From: Lysobacteraceae bacterium
GTDB lineage: Bacteria > Pseudomonadota > Gammaproteobacteria > Xanthomonadales > Xanthomonadaceae
Assembly (NCBI GenBank): GCA_041395265.1
Contig: JAWLAW010000010.1
Span: 36,387-100,386 of the forward strand
Length of the DNA stretch: 64,000 nt
Direction of reading: 5' to 3'
Below the pieces are notes generated by a model. The model was given only the letters and a program-made list of their open reading frames with translations, did not search any database and was not told the DNA's origin. Within the stretch, counting starts at the first letter, position 1; each line of letters opens with the position of its first letter. The position numbers and the translations under genes were made by a program. Below are positions 27,417-41,048 of this stretch, in pieces.

Positions 27417-29018
27417 TCAACCGAGTTGTCGACGCCGGAATCCGCTGGCAAACAGCACGCCGACGAACACCACGGCGGCCGTCGCCACCAGTCCGAACAG
27501 GCGTAGCACGCGCTCCCATGCCGTCCACGCACTCCAGTCCGGCCACTCGGCGTTGGCCCAGAGCAACAGCACTGCCATCGCGGCGCCCGCCAACATCAGG
27601 CGGAGCAGATAGGCCAACCAGCCCGGTCGAGCACGATAGCGCCCTTCCCGCTTCAACTGCCGCCAAAGCTGTGCAGCGTTCAGCCAACCGGCAAGACCGC
27701 TGGCCAACGCCAGACAGGCATGCGCGCCCGGCATGTTCGCCAACGCGTCCAGCCAGCCGTCGCTTTCCGCCAGCGCCTTCATGCCCATGTCGCTGTACGC
27801 CAGCAGCAGGCCGAGGAACAGCACGGTGAACAGCGCATTGGCGAACAGCGAGACCACCGCCGCGCGCACCGGCGTCCGTGCGTCCTGGCGCGAGAAGAAG
27901 GCCGGCGCCAGCACCTTGACCAGCAGGAACGCCGGCAATCCCAGCGACAGTCCGGCCAGGCTCAATGCCGCCATGCGCGAATCGTTGGCACCGAACTCGC
28001 CGTACTGGAACAGCGCGCTGAAAATCGGCCCGCCGGCGAGGATCAATCCCAGACTGGCCGGTACCGCGACCAGCAGCGAAGTGCGCAGCGCCCAGTCGAG
28101 GCCATCGGAAAAGCCACCGGCATCATCCGCACTGTGCTTGCGCGACAGGTGCGGCAGGATCACCGTCCCGATGGCGACGCCGAACATGCCCAGCGGGAAC
28201 TCCATCAGACGATCGGAGTAGTACAGCCAGGTCACGCTGCCGGACATCAGCAGCGACGCCACCAGCGTGTCGAACAGCAGGTTGATCTGCGCTACCGACG
28301 AGCCGAACAGCGTCGGCAGCATCAACTTGAGGATGCGTCGGACGCCGGCATGCGCCGCGCCCCAGCGTGGTCGCGGCAGCAGGCCGAGCTTCATCAGTGC
28401 CGGAACCTGCACCGCCAACTGCAATGCGCCGGCGCCCAAGACACCCCATGCCAGCGCCATTTCCGGCTGGTCCATGCGCGGCGCCAACCCCAGCGCCGCG
28501 GTGATCAGGGCAATGTTCAACAGCACCGGCGTCAACGCCGGCAGCGCGAAGCGGTTGAAACTGTTGAGGATTCCGCCGGCGAGCGCGGTCAGCGAAATGA
28601 AGAACAGATAGGGAAACGTCAGCCGGAGCATGTCGCTGGCCAGCGCATGCTGCCCGCCGCCGGCCTCGAAACCGGGCGCGAAGATCCGGATCACCCACGG
28701 CGCGGCGAAAATGCCAATGCCGCTCACCAGCAGCAGGATCGCCGCCAGCGTGCCGGTGACGCTGTCGATCAGGCGCTTGAGTTCGGTCTGATCGTGCTTC
28801 TCGCGGTACTCGGCCAGCACCGGCACGAAGGCCAGCGAAAACGAGCCTTCGGCGAACAGGCGGCGCAGGAAATTCGGGATGCGGAAGGCGACGAAAAAGG
28901 CGTCCATCGCCGGCCCGGCACCAAAGGCTCGCGCGAACACCAGATCGCGCAGGAAACCCAGCACCCGCGAGGCCAGCGTCATGCTGCTGACGGTCAAGGT
29001 GGAGCGCATCAACGCCAC
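27417..29018 (-). CDS. murJ: Lipid II flippase MurJ (MviN)
   Basis: The N-terminus is SSMTLASRVLGFLRDLVFARAFG and the protein has about 14 TM segments. GTG 29018 lies 7 nt after gggagg. Confidence 0.93.
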   Translation of the reverse strand: MALMRSTLTVSSMTLASRVLGFLRDLVFARAFGAGPAMDAFFVAFRIPNFLRRLFAEGSFSLAFVPVLAEYREKHDQTELKRLIDSVTGTLAAILLLVSGIGIFAAPWVIRIFAPGFEAGGGQHALASDMLRLTFPYLFFISLTALAGGILNSFNRFALPALTPVLLNIALITAALGLAPRMDQPEMALAWGVLGAGALQLAVQVPALMKLGLLPRPRWGAAHAGVRRILKLMLPTLFGSSVAQINLLFDTLVASLLMSGSVTWLYYSDRLMEFPLGMFGVAIGTVILPHLSRKHSADDAGGFSDGLDWALRTSLLVAVPASLGLILAGGPIFSALFQYGEFGANDSRMAALSLAGLSLGLPAFLLVKVLAPAFFSRQDARTPVRAAVVSLFANALFTVLFLGLLLAYSDMGMKALAESDGWLDALANMPGAHACLALASGLAGWLNAAQLWRQLKREGRYRARPGWLAYLLRLMLAGAAMAVLLLWANAEWPDWSAWTAWERVLRLFGLVATAAVVFVGVLFASGFRRRQLG

Positions 29019-29088
29019 GCCAGCGCCTCCCGACCGCGGGGATGATCGGCGACGCCATCAAACCCGCCGAAAAACATGCACCTACGCA

Positions 29089-29117
29089 TTGACTCTGCCC
29101 GAACAGTCCCGCATAAT
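29089..29117 (+). promoter_or_regulatory. Candidate sigma70 promoter of rpsT
   Basis: TTGACT (29089-29094), a 17-nt spacer and CATAAT (29112-29117) lie about 45 nt upstream of the GTG start. Confidence 0.45.
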
Positions 29118-29161
29118 TCCGCTTCTTTATCCGCAGCAATCCAGATTTCCGGAGCACAATA

Positions 29162-29431
29162 GTGGCAAACATCAAGTCCGCCAAGAAGCGCGCCCGTCAG
29201 TCCGAGGTCCGTCGCGCCCGTAACGCCAGCGCGCGCTCGATGATGCGCACCGCCGTCAAGAAGGTCGTCAAGGCGCTGGACGCCAACGACGTCGCCGCCG
29301 CTGAAGCCGCCTTCGTGGCCGCGCAGCCGCTGCTCGATCGTTTCAGCAGCCGTGGCCTGATCCACAAGAACAAGGCTGCGCGTCACAAGAGCCGCCTGAA
29401 CGCCCGCATCAAGGCGCTCAAGACTGCCTGA
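29162..29431 (+). CDS. rpsT: 30S ribosomal protein S20
   Basis: The sequence [20 protein letters not shown] is typical of S20. The start is GTG. Confidence 0.93.
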   Translation: MANIKSAKKRARQSEVRRARNASARSMMRTAVKKVVKALDANDVAAAEAAFVAAQPLLDRFSSRGLIHKNKAARHKSRLNARIKALKTA

Positions 29432-29477
29432 TTCAGCATTACATGATGCAGCCGGCGACTTCGGTCGCCCGGTCACG

Positions 29478-29504
29478 AAAAAGCCGGCCTTCGCCGGCTT
29501 TTTT
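29478..29504. terminator. Bidirectional terminator between rpsT and obg
   Basis: aaaaagccggc-cttc-gccggctttttt. Confidence 0.75.
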
Positions 29505-29562
29505 GTTGTCTGTCGAAGCTGAGGCGCCATCTCTACAGGAGCGTGTCGGTCGACGCCGTCGC

Positions 29563-31126
<1,564 letters not shown>

Positions 31127-31132
31127 GACTGA

Positions 31133-31522
31133 TTACTCCTGCTCGGCCTGAACCTGATCGGTATCGCTGGCCTTTGCGGCCTTCTTCTTGGCGGGGGCCT
31201 TCTTCTTGGCCGCGCCACCGATGCTGGTGATTTCGATTTCGGTGTAGTGCTGACGGTGGCCCATCTGCTTACGATGGTGCTTGCGGCGACGGAACTTGAT
31301 GATGCGGACCTTCTCGCCGCGACCATGGCTCTTCACCACGGCGCTGACCTTGGCGCCATCAATCGTCGGCGCGCCGACGGTGACGGACTCGCCGTCGCCC
31401 ATCATCAGAACCTGGTCAATCTCAAAGTTGGCGCCCTCTTCCAGGTCGAGCTTCTCGACGCGGAGGTACTCGCCTTCCATCACGCGGTACTGCTTACCGC
31501 CAGTGACAATGACTGCGTACAT
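31133..31522 (-). CDS. rplU: 50S ribosomal protein L21 (with a short Lys/Ala-rich C-terminal extension)
   Basis: It starts [17 protein letters not shown]. The tail is [18 protein letters not shown]. Confidence 0.95.
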   Translation of the reverse strand: MYAVIVTGGKQYRVMEGEYLRVEKLDLEEGANFEIDQVLMMGDGESVTVGAPTIDGAKVSAVVKSHGRGEKVRIIKFRRRKHHRKQMGHRQHYTEIEITSIGGAAKKKAPAKKKAAKASDTDQVQAEQE

Positions 31523-31804
31523 GTTGTGTCCTCTGTAGTTATTCTCTGCGGGAGGCTGGCGCCTAATCGGCTCATTGCCAGATCAGACCGCCACCGCATG
31601 GACTGCGTCTCGGACGTCGAAATACACGAACGACCGGCACAGAAGCGGAATTATAGCCGCTGATTTCTTTCCGGGTCAATTACTTGGCCCACGCAAAATG
31701 GACTGCCGGCAGCACTCCGGAAACGGGCCTGCAGCACGGGTCGAGAACACCTGCCCTGCTACACTGGTCGTTTCGATTCAAGCCCCGGCGGGCACAGCGA
31801 ACCC

Positions 31805-34731
<2,927 letters not shown>

Positions 34732-34735
<4 letters not shown>

Positions 34736-35178
34736 AGAACGCCGCCTGGAGAACCAGCCACATGAGCAACGACGACAACAACCGCGAGCACCTGCAGCGC
34801 AGCGTCATCGACGTGCGCTGGGGCGACATGGACGCCTTCAACCACGTCAACAACGCCACCTATCTGCGTTACATCGAGCAGGCGCGCATCGAGTGGTTCG
34901 AGTCGTTGGGCGACGTCTGGCTGACCGATGCCATCGCACCGATCTTGGCCGCCGCCCAGGTCAACTATCGGCGTCCCATCGAGTACCCGGCGAAAGTCGT
35001 GGTCGATCTTTTTGCCGACAAGCGCGGCACCAGGAGCATTACCGTCGGCCACCGCATCATCGACGCCAACGACGCCGACTGCGTCTATGCCGACGGCGAG
35101 GTGGTGGTCGTCTGGATCAACCGATCCACTGGCCGAAGCGTGCCGCTGCCGACATTCGCGGGTGGCGGAAGCGACTGA
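34732..35178 (+). CDS. Acyl-CoA thioesterase, 4HBT/YbgC hotdog family
   Basis: The motif is [27 protein letters not shown] 34732 overlaps the uvrA stop (GTGA); ATG 34765 is an alternative start. Confidence 0.7.
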
Positions 35179-35305
35179 GCCGCATCCATCGCTCACAGGC
35201 CCTGACGACGAAGTCACAGGGCACGCCGTTCGCGACGTTCAGGCATCATGCCCGCTGAGCCGGATCTTTCCAAACACCACCCTTCCGGACATCCAAGGAG
35301 AACCC

Positions 35306-36073
35306 ATGCTGGAGCGCATCGAGCACGACCGCATCCTCGAACTGAAGCTGGCGCGGCCGCCGGTCAACGCCTTGAACCGCACGCTGCTCACGGCGCTGGA
35401 AGCCGCGATCCGGCAGGCGCCGGAGCAGGGATTCGGCGGACTGATGATCAGCGGTGGCGAGTCGGTGTTCTCCGCCGGCCTCGACGTGCCGGAACTGCTC
35501 ACGCTCAATCGTGATGACCTCGAGACCTCCTGGCGGAGCTTCTTCGCGGTCTGCCAGGCGCTGGCCGAATCGCCGATTCCTTCGGCGGCGGCCATTGGCG
35601 GACACAGCCCGGCCGGCGGCGCGGTGATCAGCCTGTTCTGCGATTACCGCGTGATGGTGCGCCGTCCCGAGGACGAGAAGCCGGCGATGATCGGCCTCAA
35701 CGAAACCCAGGTCGGGCTGGTGGTGCCGGAATGCATCCAGTACGTGTTCCGTCGCCTGGTCGGCCACCACACCGCCGAACGCTTGCTGGTCGCTGGTGCC
35801 ATGATCGACGCCGGTCACGCCTTCCGTATCGGGATGGTCGACGAACTGGCCGAGCCCGGCGACGTGGAAGCCGCCGCTCGTCGCTGGCTGGCCTCGCACC
35901 TGGCCCTGCCGCAGCAGGCCATGCGCATGACCCGTCAACTGGCCCGCGCGGACATCGTTGAAGCCATCAATGACCCCGAACGACTGAAGCTGGACGTGTT
36001 CCTCGACGCCTGGTTCGGCAAGGAAACCCAGGCCGTGCTGCAGGCTCTGGTCGCCCGTCTCAAGGGCGGCTGA
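35306..36073 (+). CDS. Enoyl-CoA hydratase/isomerase family protein
   Basis: Crotonase-fold motifs are LARPPVNALN and SGGESVFSAGLDV. ATG 35306 is preceded by aaggag. The upstream part of ORF 34928..36073 overlaps the thioesterase gene. Confidence 0.75.
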   Translation: MLERIEHDRILELKLARPPVNALNRTLLTALEAAIRQAPEQGFGGLMISGGESVFSAGLDVPELLTLNRDDLETSWRSFFAVCQALAESPIPSAAAIGGHSPAGGAVISLFCDYRVMVRRPEDEKPAMIGLNETQVGLVVPECIQYVFRRLVGHHTAERLLVAGAMIDAGHAFRIGMVDELAEPGDVEAAARRWLASHLALPQQAMRMTRQLARADIVEAINDPERLKLDVFLDAWFGKETQAVLQALVARLKGG

Positions 36074-37424
36074 GCGCTCCGCCCGAGTTCGACAACCGGC
36101 CTGCCGTTGCCGGTGGACCCAGCCAGACTTCGACACGCCGATTGCGCGAGCGGCCGCGGTCACTGTCGTTGCTGGCCACCGGCGCCTCGCCGCCGAAACC
36201 CCGCGCGCGATGCACTGCGACACGCTTGCGAGCCAGCAAGGCGGCGATGTAGTCCACGCGATCGTTGCTGAGCCGCCAGGCCATCAACGGAACGCCCTCG
36301 GTGGCGTCCGAGAAGCCCATCAGCATCAGCCGGCGCCCTTCCGTCTGCGGGCCATTGGCGTAGCTCACCAGCCGCTCAAAGTCACGCAGGCCCTTGTTGT
36401 CGAGCAACGCTGAGCCCGCGTCGAAGCGGAAATTGAAGGACAGCCGTTGCGCGTCCTGGATCAGGCCACGGTATTCCTCCGGCAGGTCATCGCGCAGCAC
36501 CGGATCGAATGCCTGCACCCGCTGCGACACGAAACCGGTCTCCTCGACCACCTGCTGGCCGGCATCGCTGAGCGCGAAGCGGACGAAGTCACGCGCTTCG
36601 GCGCTGGCGTTCGCCGGCAGGTACAGGAACAGACGGCGCGACAGCGGGTAGTCCTCGACCGCAACCTCGAACATGTCCGGACGCACCGGCTTGCCTCCAT
36701 CGGAAACCGCCAATGCCTTCACGCCATCGACGCCGGACAGGCCGACGAAACCGATGGCATTGACGTCGGAAGCCACCGCCGCGGCCAATTCGGTGGTGCT
36801 CTCATAGCGTTTGGCCCCCTGCGAAAGCGGTTGACCGTTCAGCACCGTGCCGTTGAAGCTGTCCCAGGTGCCGGAGCGTTCATCGCGTGCATGCAGCGCG
36901 ATGCGGTCCGGCTTGCCGCCCAGCTCGCGCCAGTCGCGGGTACGGCCGGAAAACACCTCCCTCAGCTGCGCCACACTGATCGATGTCAGCGGGTTGCGTT
37001 GGTTGACGATGATCGCCAGCCCGTCCAGCGCCAGCACGATCTCGCCGTCCGGCCCGGCCAGATCGCCAAGCACTGGCATTGCCTGTTCGCGCTCCGACGG
37101 CTTCACCGGTCGGGACGCCATACCGATATCAGCACTGCCGTTCAGCAGGCCGCGAAACGCGGTGCTGGAACCGTGTGCCTTGATCTCGACTCTACGCTCG
37201 CCTTCCGCACTGTGGCCGTAGACCTGCAGCTCATCGTAGGCAAGGTCATCCACGCCAAGCCGCTGGTAGCCGTTCTGCTGCAGCCAGGCTTGTGACAGGC
37301 GCAACGCGAGGCGTTCGCCGATCGTGTTCGACCCATGCAGCCGCAGCGGCGTCGCTGCGGATGGCGATGACAACAGGCAGGCGAACAGCGCAAACAGGGA
37401 CATCCCGAGGACGCGTTGAGGCAT
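36060..37424 (-). CDS. PstS-like phosphate-binding domain fused to an OmpA-like C-terminal domain
   Basis: It has a signal/lipobox-like N-terminus (ALFAC). The periplasmic-binding domain is LHGSNTIGERL...GSSTAFRGL. The C-terminus FRFDAGSA...RNRRVEVWL is OmpA-like. Its 3' end overlaps the convergent gene by 14 nt. Confidence 0.7.
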   Translation of the reverse strand: MPQRVLGMSLFALFACLLSSPSAATPLRLHGSNTIGERLALRLSQAWLQQNGYQRLGVDDLAYDELQVYGHSAEGERRVEIKAHGSSTAFRGLLNGSADIGMASRPVKPSEREQAMPVLGDLAGPDGEIVLALDGLAIIVNQRNPLTSISVAQLREVFSGRTRDWRELGGKPDRIALHARDERSGTWDSFNGTVLNGQPLSQGAKRYESTTELAAAVASDVNAIGFVGLSGVDGVKALAVSDGGKPVRPDMFEVAVEDYPLSRRLFLYLPANASAEARDFVRFALSDAGQQVVEETGFVSQRVQAFDPVLRDDLPEEYRGLIQDAQRLSFNFRFDAGSALLDNKGLRDFERLVSYANGPQTEGRRLMLMGFSDATEGVPLMAWRLSNDRVDYIAALLARKRVAVHRARGFGGEAPVASNDSDRGRSRNRRVEVWLGPPATAGRLSNSGGALSRP

Positions 37425-37551
37425 TTGGCTTTCCGGCTTCGCAACGTGAAGCCGCCAGCCTCGGGGAAGCCTGTTACGTGCGGGCGAAGCAGATGTTTCG
37501 GATTGATGATGCTGCCGCGGGCGTCACAGAACGCCACGCAGGTTCACGGAC

Positions 37552-38403
37552 TCAGGCGTCGCGCGCGACCGGCCGTACCGGGTCCGATATCCACTCGCTC
37601 CAGGAACCGGCATAGACGCGTGCGCCTTCGAGACCGGCATGCTGCATGGCCAGGGCGTGGTGGCAGGCGGTGACGCCGGATCCGCACATCAGCAAGGTCT
37701 CCTGCGGGGAAGTGTCGCCGAGCAGTTGCTCGAACTCCTCGCGCAGCACGGCTGCCGGCTTGAAGCGTCCGTCCGCTCGAAGGTTGGCGACGTAGGGCCG
37801 GTTGACCGCACCGGGAATGTGGCCGGGAATCCGGTCGATGGGCTCGACTTCGCCACGGAAGCGCTCCGGCGCGCGCGCGTCGATCAATGCGCCGCCCTGC
37901 GTCGCCATCCGCGCAGCAACCACCGCGGTACTGGCGATGCGCCGCACGTCGAATCGTCCGCGATACTGCGACGGCTCCGGACTGGGTGGCTGGCCGCTTT
38001 CGGTGCGTCCGCCGGCCCTGACCCAAGCCTGGATTCCGCCATCCAGCACCGCCACCTGCTGGTGCCCGAACAGGCTCAGCATCCACCACAGCCGTGCGGC
38101 CATGCTGCCGTCGCTGCTGTCGTAGACCACCACCGGCTGCTCCGGCGTCAGCCCCCAGCGGGAAAGCGTCTCGGAAAACGTCGATGCGCTGGGCAACGGG
38201 TGACGCCCGCGTCCCTCGATGGACAGGTCGGAAAGGTCGGTATCCAGGTTAACGTAGCCGGCACCTGGCAAATGCGAAGCGACAAAGGCACGACGCCCCG
38301 CATCCGCGTCGCGCAGGTCGAAGCGGCAGTCGAACAGGCGAAGGTGACCTTCGCCCAACTCCGTCGCCAGGCTTTCCACCGATACCAGCGTTTTCCGATT
38401 CAT
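37552..38403 (-). CDS. sseA: 3-mercaptopyruvate/thiosulfate sulfurtransferase (tandem rhodanese)
   Basis: It has two rhodanese domains and the active-site loop CGSGVTACH. Confidence 0.8.
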   Translation of the reverse strand: MNRKTLVSVESLATELGEGHLRLFDCRFDLRDADAGRRAFVASHLPGAGYVNLDTDLSDLSIEGRGRHPLPSASTFSETLSRWGLTPEQPVVVYDSSDGSMAARLWWMLSLFGHQQVAVLDGGIQAWVRAGGRTESGQPPSPEPSQYRGRFDVRRIASTAVVAARMATQGGALIDARAPERFRGEVEPIDRIPGHIPGAVNRPYVANLRADGRFKPAAVLREEFEQLLGDTSPQETLLMCGSGVTACHHALAMQHAGLEGARVYAGSWSEWISDPVRPVARDA

Positions 38404-39032
38404 TCCCCTGAGCCTTCGATCCGATCACGCAGATTCACCAGCATAGCGGCTGTTGCGCCCCAGATGCGGTGATCGCCATAGCAAACCTGCCAGTAGTGCC
38501 GACGCCGCCCGCGGAAATCACCGGCATGCCGCTGCAGATGGCGTCGATCCAGCAGGAACGGCAGCGGTGCTTCGAACACCTCGTCGACTTCGGCGGGATC
38601 AGCCGTCAGCGCGAAGCCGGGGCGCAGCCGCGCCACCAGCGGCAATACGCGAAAGCCGGTGATGGTGACGTAGGGATCAAGATAACCCAGCGGCTCGACA
38701 TGGGCCTGCGGCAGGCGAATTTCCTCCCAGGCTTCGCGCAAGGCCGCCTCGCGCGGACCGTCGTCGCCCGGGTCGATGCTGCCACCGGGGAAGCTGATCT
38801 GGCCGCCATGATGCGTCAGCGTGGCAGTACGACGGGTCAGCAGCACTCCGGGCTCGGCGGCCGGGTGATCGACGATGCCGACCAGCACCGCCGCTTCCCG
38901 GAACACATGGTCGCCAGGCAGCAGATCCGCCAGTTCAGCGCGATTCCAGCCGCCGCCGCGGGGCGGGCTATCCAGCGGGTGCAGCCGATCACGAAGCCTC
39001 GACAGCGCCGAGCCGGCTGAGGAAGGACTCAC
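38400..39032 (-). CDS. CoA pyrophosphatase-type Nudix hydrolase
   Basis: The Nudix box is GGSIDPGDDGPREAALREAWEEIRL. It overlaps both neighbouring genes by 4 nt. Confidence 0.8.
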   Translation of the reverse strand: MSPSSAGSALSRLRDRLHPLDSPPRGGGWNRAELADLLPGDHVFREAAVLVGIVDHPAAEPGVLLTRRTATLTHHGGQISFPGGSIDPGDDGPREAALREAWEEIRLPQAHVEPLGYLDPYVTITGFRVLPLVARLRPGFALTADPAEVDEVFEAPLPFLLDRRHLQRHAGDFRGRRRHYWQVCYGDHRIWGATAAMLVNLRDRIEGSGE

Positions 39033-39262
39033 CCCACGATGTCCAGGGTGATGGTCGGCAGGGAAATGCTGTCCGCTGAACGCCGAAGGGCGCCTTCCTC
39101 GCGCGCCGGCAGGACTTCATCGATGAACCGGGCGCGCTGCGCGTCGCTGTAGCGAAGCCAGTTGGCGATCTCCTCGGTGCTGCGGAAGCAGCCCGTGCAT
39201 TGCCCTCTGGCATCCAACGTACAGACGCCAATGCAGGGACTGAGGATTGCCTTCATCTTCAA
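39029..39262 (-). CDS. DUF1289 (YdhL-like) Cys-rich small protein
   Basis: SPCIGVCTLDARGQCTGCFRSTEEIANW. Confidence 0.7.
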   Translation of the reverse strand: MKMKAILSPCIGVCTLDARGQCTGCFRSTEEIANWLRYSDAQRARFIDEVLPAREEGALRRSADSISLPTITLDIVG

Positions 39263-39304
39263 TGGCGGCTGGCGACGAACTGCTCATCGCCAGCCGCTGC
39301 AACC

Positions 39305-39985
39305 TTACTTGACCGACACCAGCGTGACGTCGAACACCACGGCCTGGTTCGGGCCGATCGGTGAACGCGGTGTGTCGCCGTACGCCTTGGTCGCCGGCAG
39401 GAAGATCTCCCAGCGCGCGCCGGTCTTCATCAGCGGCAGCACGTCCTTGAGGCCTTCCAGCGGCGCCTCGGCGACCTTGATCACCGCCGGCTGGTTGTTG
39501 GTGTAGGTGCTGACAAACTCCGGACCGTCGGCGATCGAACCGCGGAAGTTGATCGTCACTTCACTGGCGGCGGTCGGACGTGCACCGGTGCCTTCCTCGA
39601 TCACGCGGTACTGGATGCCGCTGGGCATGGCGATGATGCCGGTCTTGGCACGGTTGCTGGCCAGGAAGCGATCAGCCTTCGCCTTGTTTTCCGCGGAAAC
39701 CTTGTCGAACTCGGCCTTGGCCTTGGTCATCAGGTCCTGCTGCATCTTGCCCATGGCCTCGCGCATTTCCGCTTCCGACACGCTTGGATCGCGCTTCGCA
39801 TAGCCATCCTGGATCGCCCGGATCACGGTGTTGAGATCAATGTCGATGCCACGCTCGGAGAAGTCATGACCCAGCTGGTAGCCGATCGAGTAGCTCAGCT
39901 TGCCCTTTTCGCTGCTGGTGTCCTGCGCCACGGCGACGCTCATTCCCAACGCCGCGACCAGCGCGACCATCCAACGCAACTTCAT
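39305..39985 (-). CDS. FKBP-type peptidyl-prolyl isomerase (FkpA/Mip-like)
   Basis: It has the signal peptide MKLRWMVALVAALGMSVAVA, an FKBP_N helical region and an FKBP_C domain (GIQYRVIEEGTG...FRGS..DG.EF). The long upstream part of ORF 39305..40309 is not supported. Confidence 0.85.
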   Translation of the reverse strand: MKLRWMVALVAALGMSVAVAQDTSSEKGKLSYSIGYQLGHDFSERGIDIDLNTVIRAIQDGYAKRDPSVSEAEMREAMGKMQQDLMTKAKAEFDKVSAENKAKADRFLASNRAKTGIIAMPSGIQYRVIEEGTGARPTAASEVTINFRGSIADGPEFVSTYTNNQPAVIKVAEAPLEGLKDVLPLMKTGARWEIFLPATKAYGDTPRSPIGPNQAVVFDVTLVSVK

Positions 39986-40183
39986 GCGAGAAACCTCCTG
40001 AAAGAATTCACCGCGACCCCGTGGCCGCGATAAGAAACGGGACGGCCAGGCCGCCCCGAGAGAACGCACAAGGATACCCTTGCCGGCCTCCATTGACCAC
40101 TGGCGGCCACGACTGGTTCCCCGCCTCGGCAGCACAGGCTTCGCCCGGTACCATGCGGCCTTCTTCCCTTTCGGAGATGCCTC

Positions 40184-40966
40184 ATGGGCTTCCAGAACCT
40201 GCTGGTCCAAGATCGTGGCGCGGTCCGCCACATCACCATCAACCGCCCGGAAAAACTCAATGCACTCAATAATGTAACGGTGAACGAGTTGCATCTGGCC
40301 TTCGATCACGCGGCTGCGGCAGACGACGTGCGGGTGGTGGTGCTGGGTGGTGCCGGTGACAAGGCCTTCGTCGCCGGAGCGGATATCTCCGAGCTGAACA
40401 CGCTGTCACCGCTCCAGGCGCAGGCCTTCTCGCGCCGCGGACAGGCCCTGATGCTGAAGATCGAGCACCTCGGCAAGCCGGTGATCGCCGCGATCGGCGG
40501 CTACGCGCTGGGCGGCGGCATGGAGCTGGCGATGAGCTGCCACCTGCGCATCGGCTCTGAGAAGGCCAAGCTGGGGCAGCCGGAGATCGCGCTGGGGCTG
40601 ATTCCCGGTTTCGGCGGCACGCAGCGCCTGCTGCGCCTGGCCGGGCGGGCAGCGGCGCTGGAGCTTTGTCTGCTCGGTGACCCGATCAATGCGGCACGCG
40701 CCCATGCGCTGGGAGTGCTGAATCAGGTGGTCGGGCCGGACGCGCTGGACGACACCGTGAATGCCCTCGCCGACCGCCTGGCGGCGTCCGCACCGCATGC
40801 GCTGCGCGGCGTGCTTGATGCGGTCATCGTCGGTGGTGAATGTGGCCTGCAACAGGGCCTGGACTACGAGACCCAGGCCTTCGCGGTCTGCGCATCCACC
40901 GAGGACATGCGCGAGGGCACGTCAGCCTTCCTGGAGCGTCGCAAGGCCGCTTTCACCGGTCGGTGA
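40184..40966 (+). CDS. Enoyl-CoA hydratase (crotonase)
   Basis: [40 protein letters not shown]. Confidence 0.85.
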   Translation: MGFQNLLVQDRGAVRHITINRPEKLNALNNVTVNELHLAFDHAAAADDVRVVVLGGAGDKAFVAGADISELNTLSPLQAQAFSRRGQALMLKIEHLGKPVIAAIGGYALGGGMELAMSCHLRIGSEKAKLGQPEIALGLIPGFGGTQRLLRLAGRAAALELCLLGDPINAARAHALGVLNQVVGPDALDDTVNALADRLAASAPHALRGVLDAVIVGGECGLQQGLDYETQAFAVCASTEDMREGTSAFLERRKAAFTGR

Positions 40967-41001
40967 CGGTGGTGCTTGCGTTCCGCAACCGTTCCGGCCA
41001 C

Positions 41002-41028
41002 AAAAAAGCCCCGCATGGCGGGGCTTTT
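41002..41028. terminator. Bidirectional terminator
   Basis: aaaaaagccccgc-atg-gcggggctttt. Confidence 0.7.
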
Positions 41029-41048
41029 CGAATCACCAATCACGGCTC

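Noticed and set aside
24937-29045. 585-aa (+) ORF over ileS/ribF and 441-aa (+) ORF over murJ.
   Set aside because: They are antisense shadows of unmistakable ileS, ribF and murJ, and their low-complexity Arg/Gln/His-rich translations carry no motifs.
31523-31804. Possible LexA/SOS box upstream of uvrA in the rplU-uvrA divergent region.
   Set aside because: I found no CTGT-N8-ACAG match and no TTAG-N6-TACTA-type palindrome. ctgtagttattctctg lacks the second half-site.
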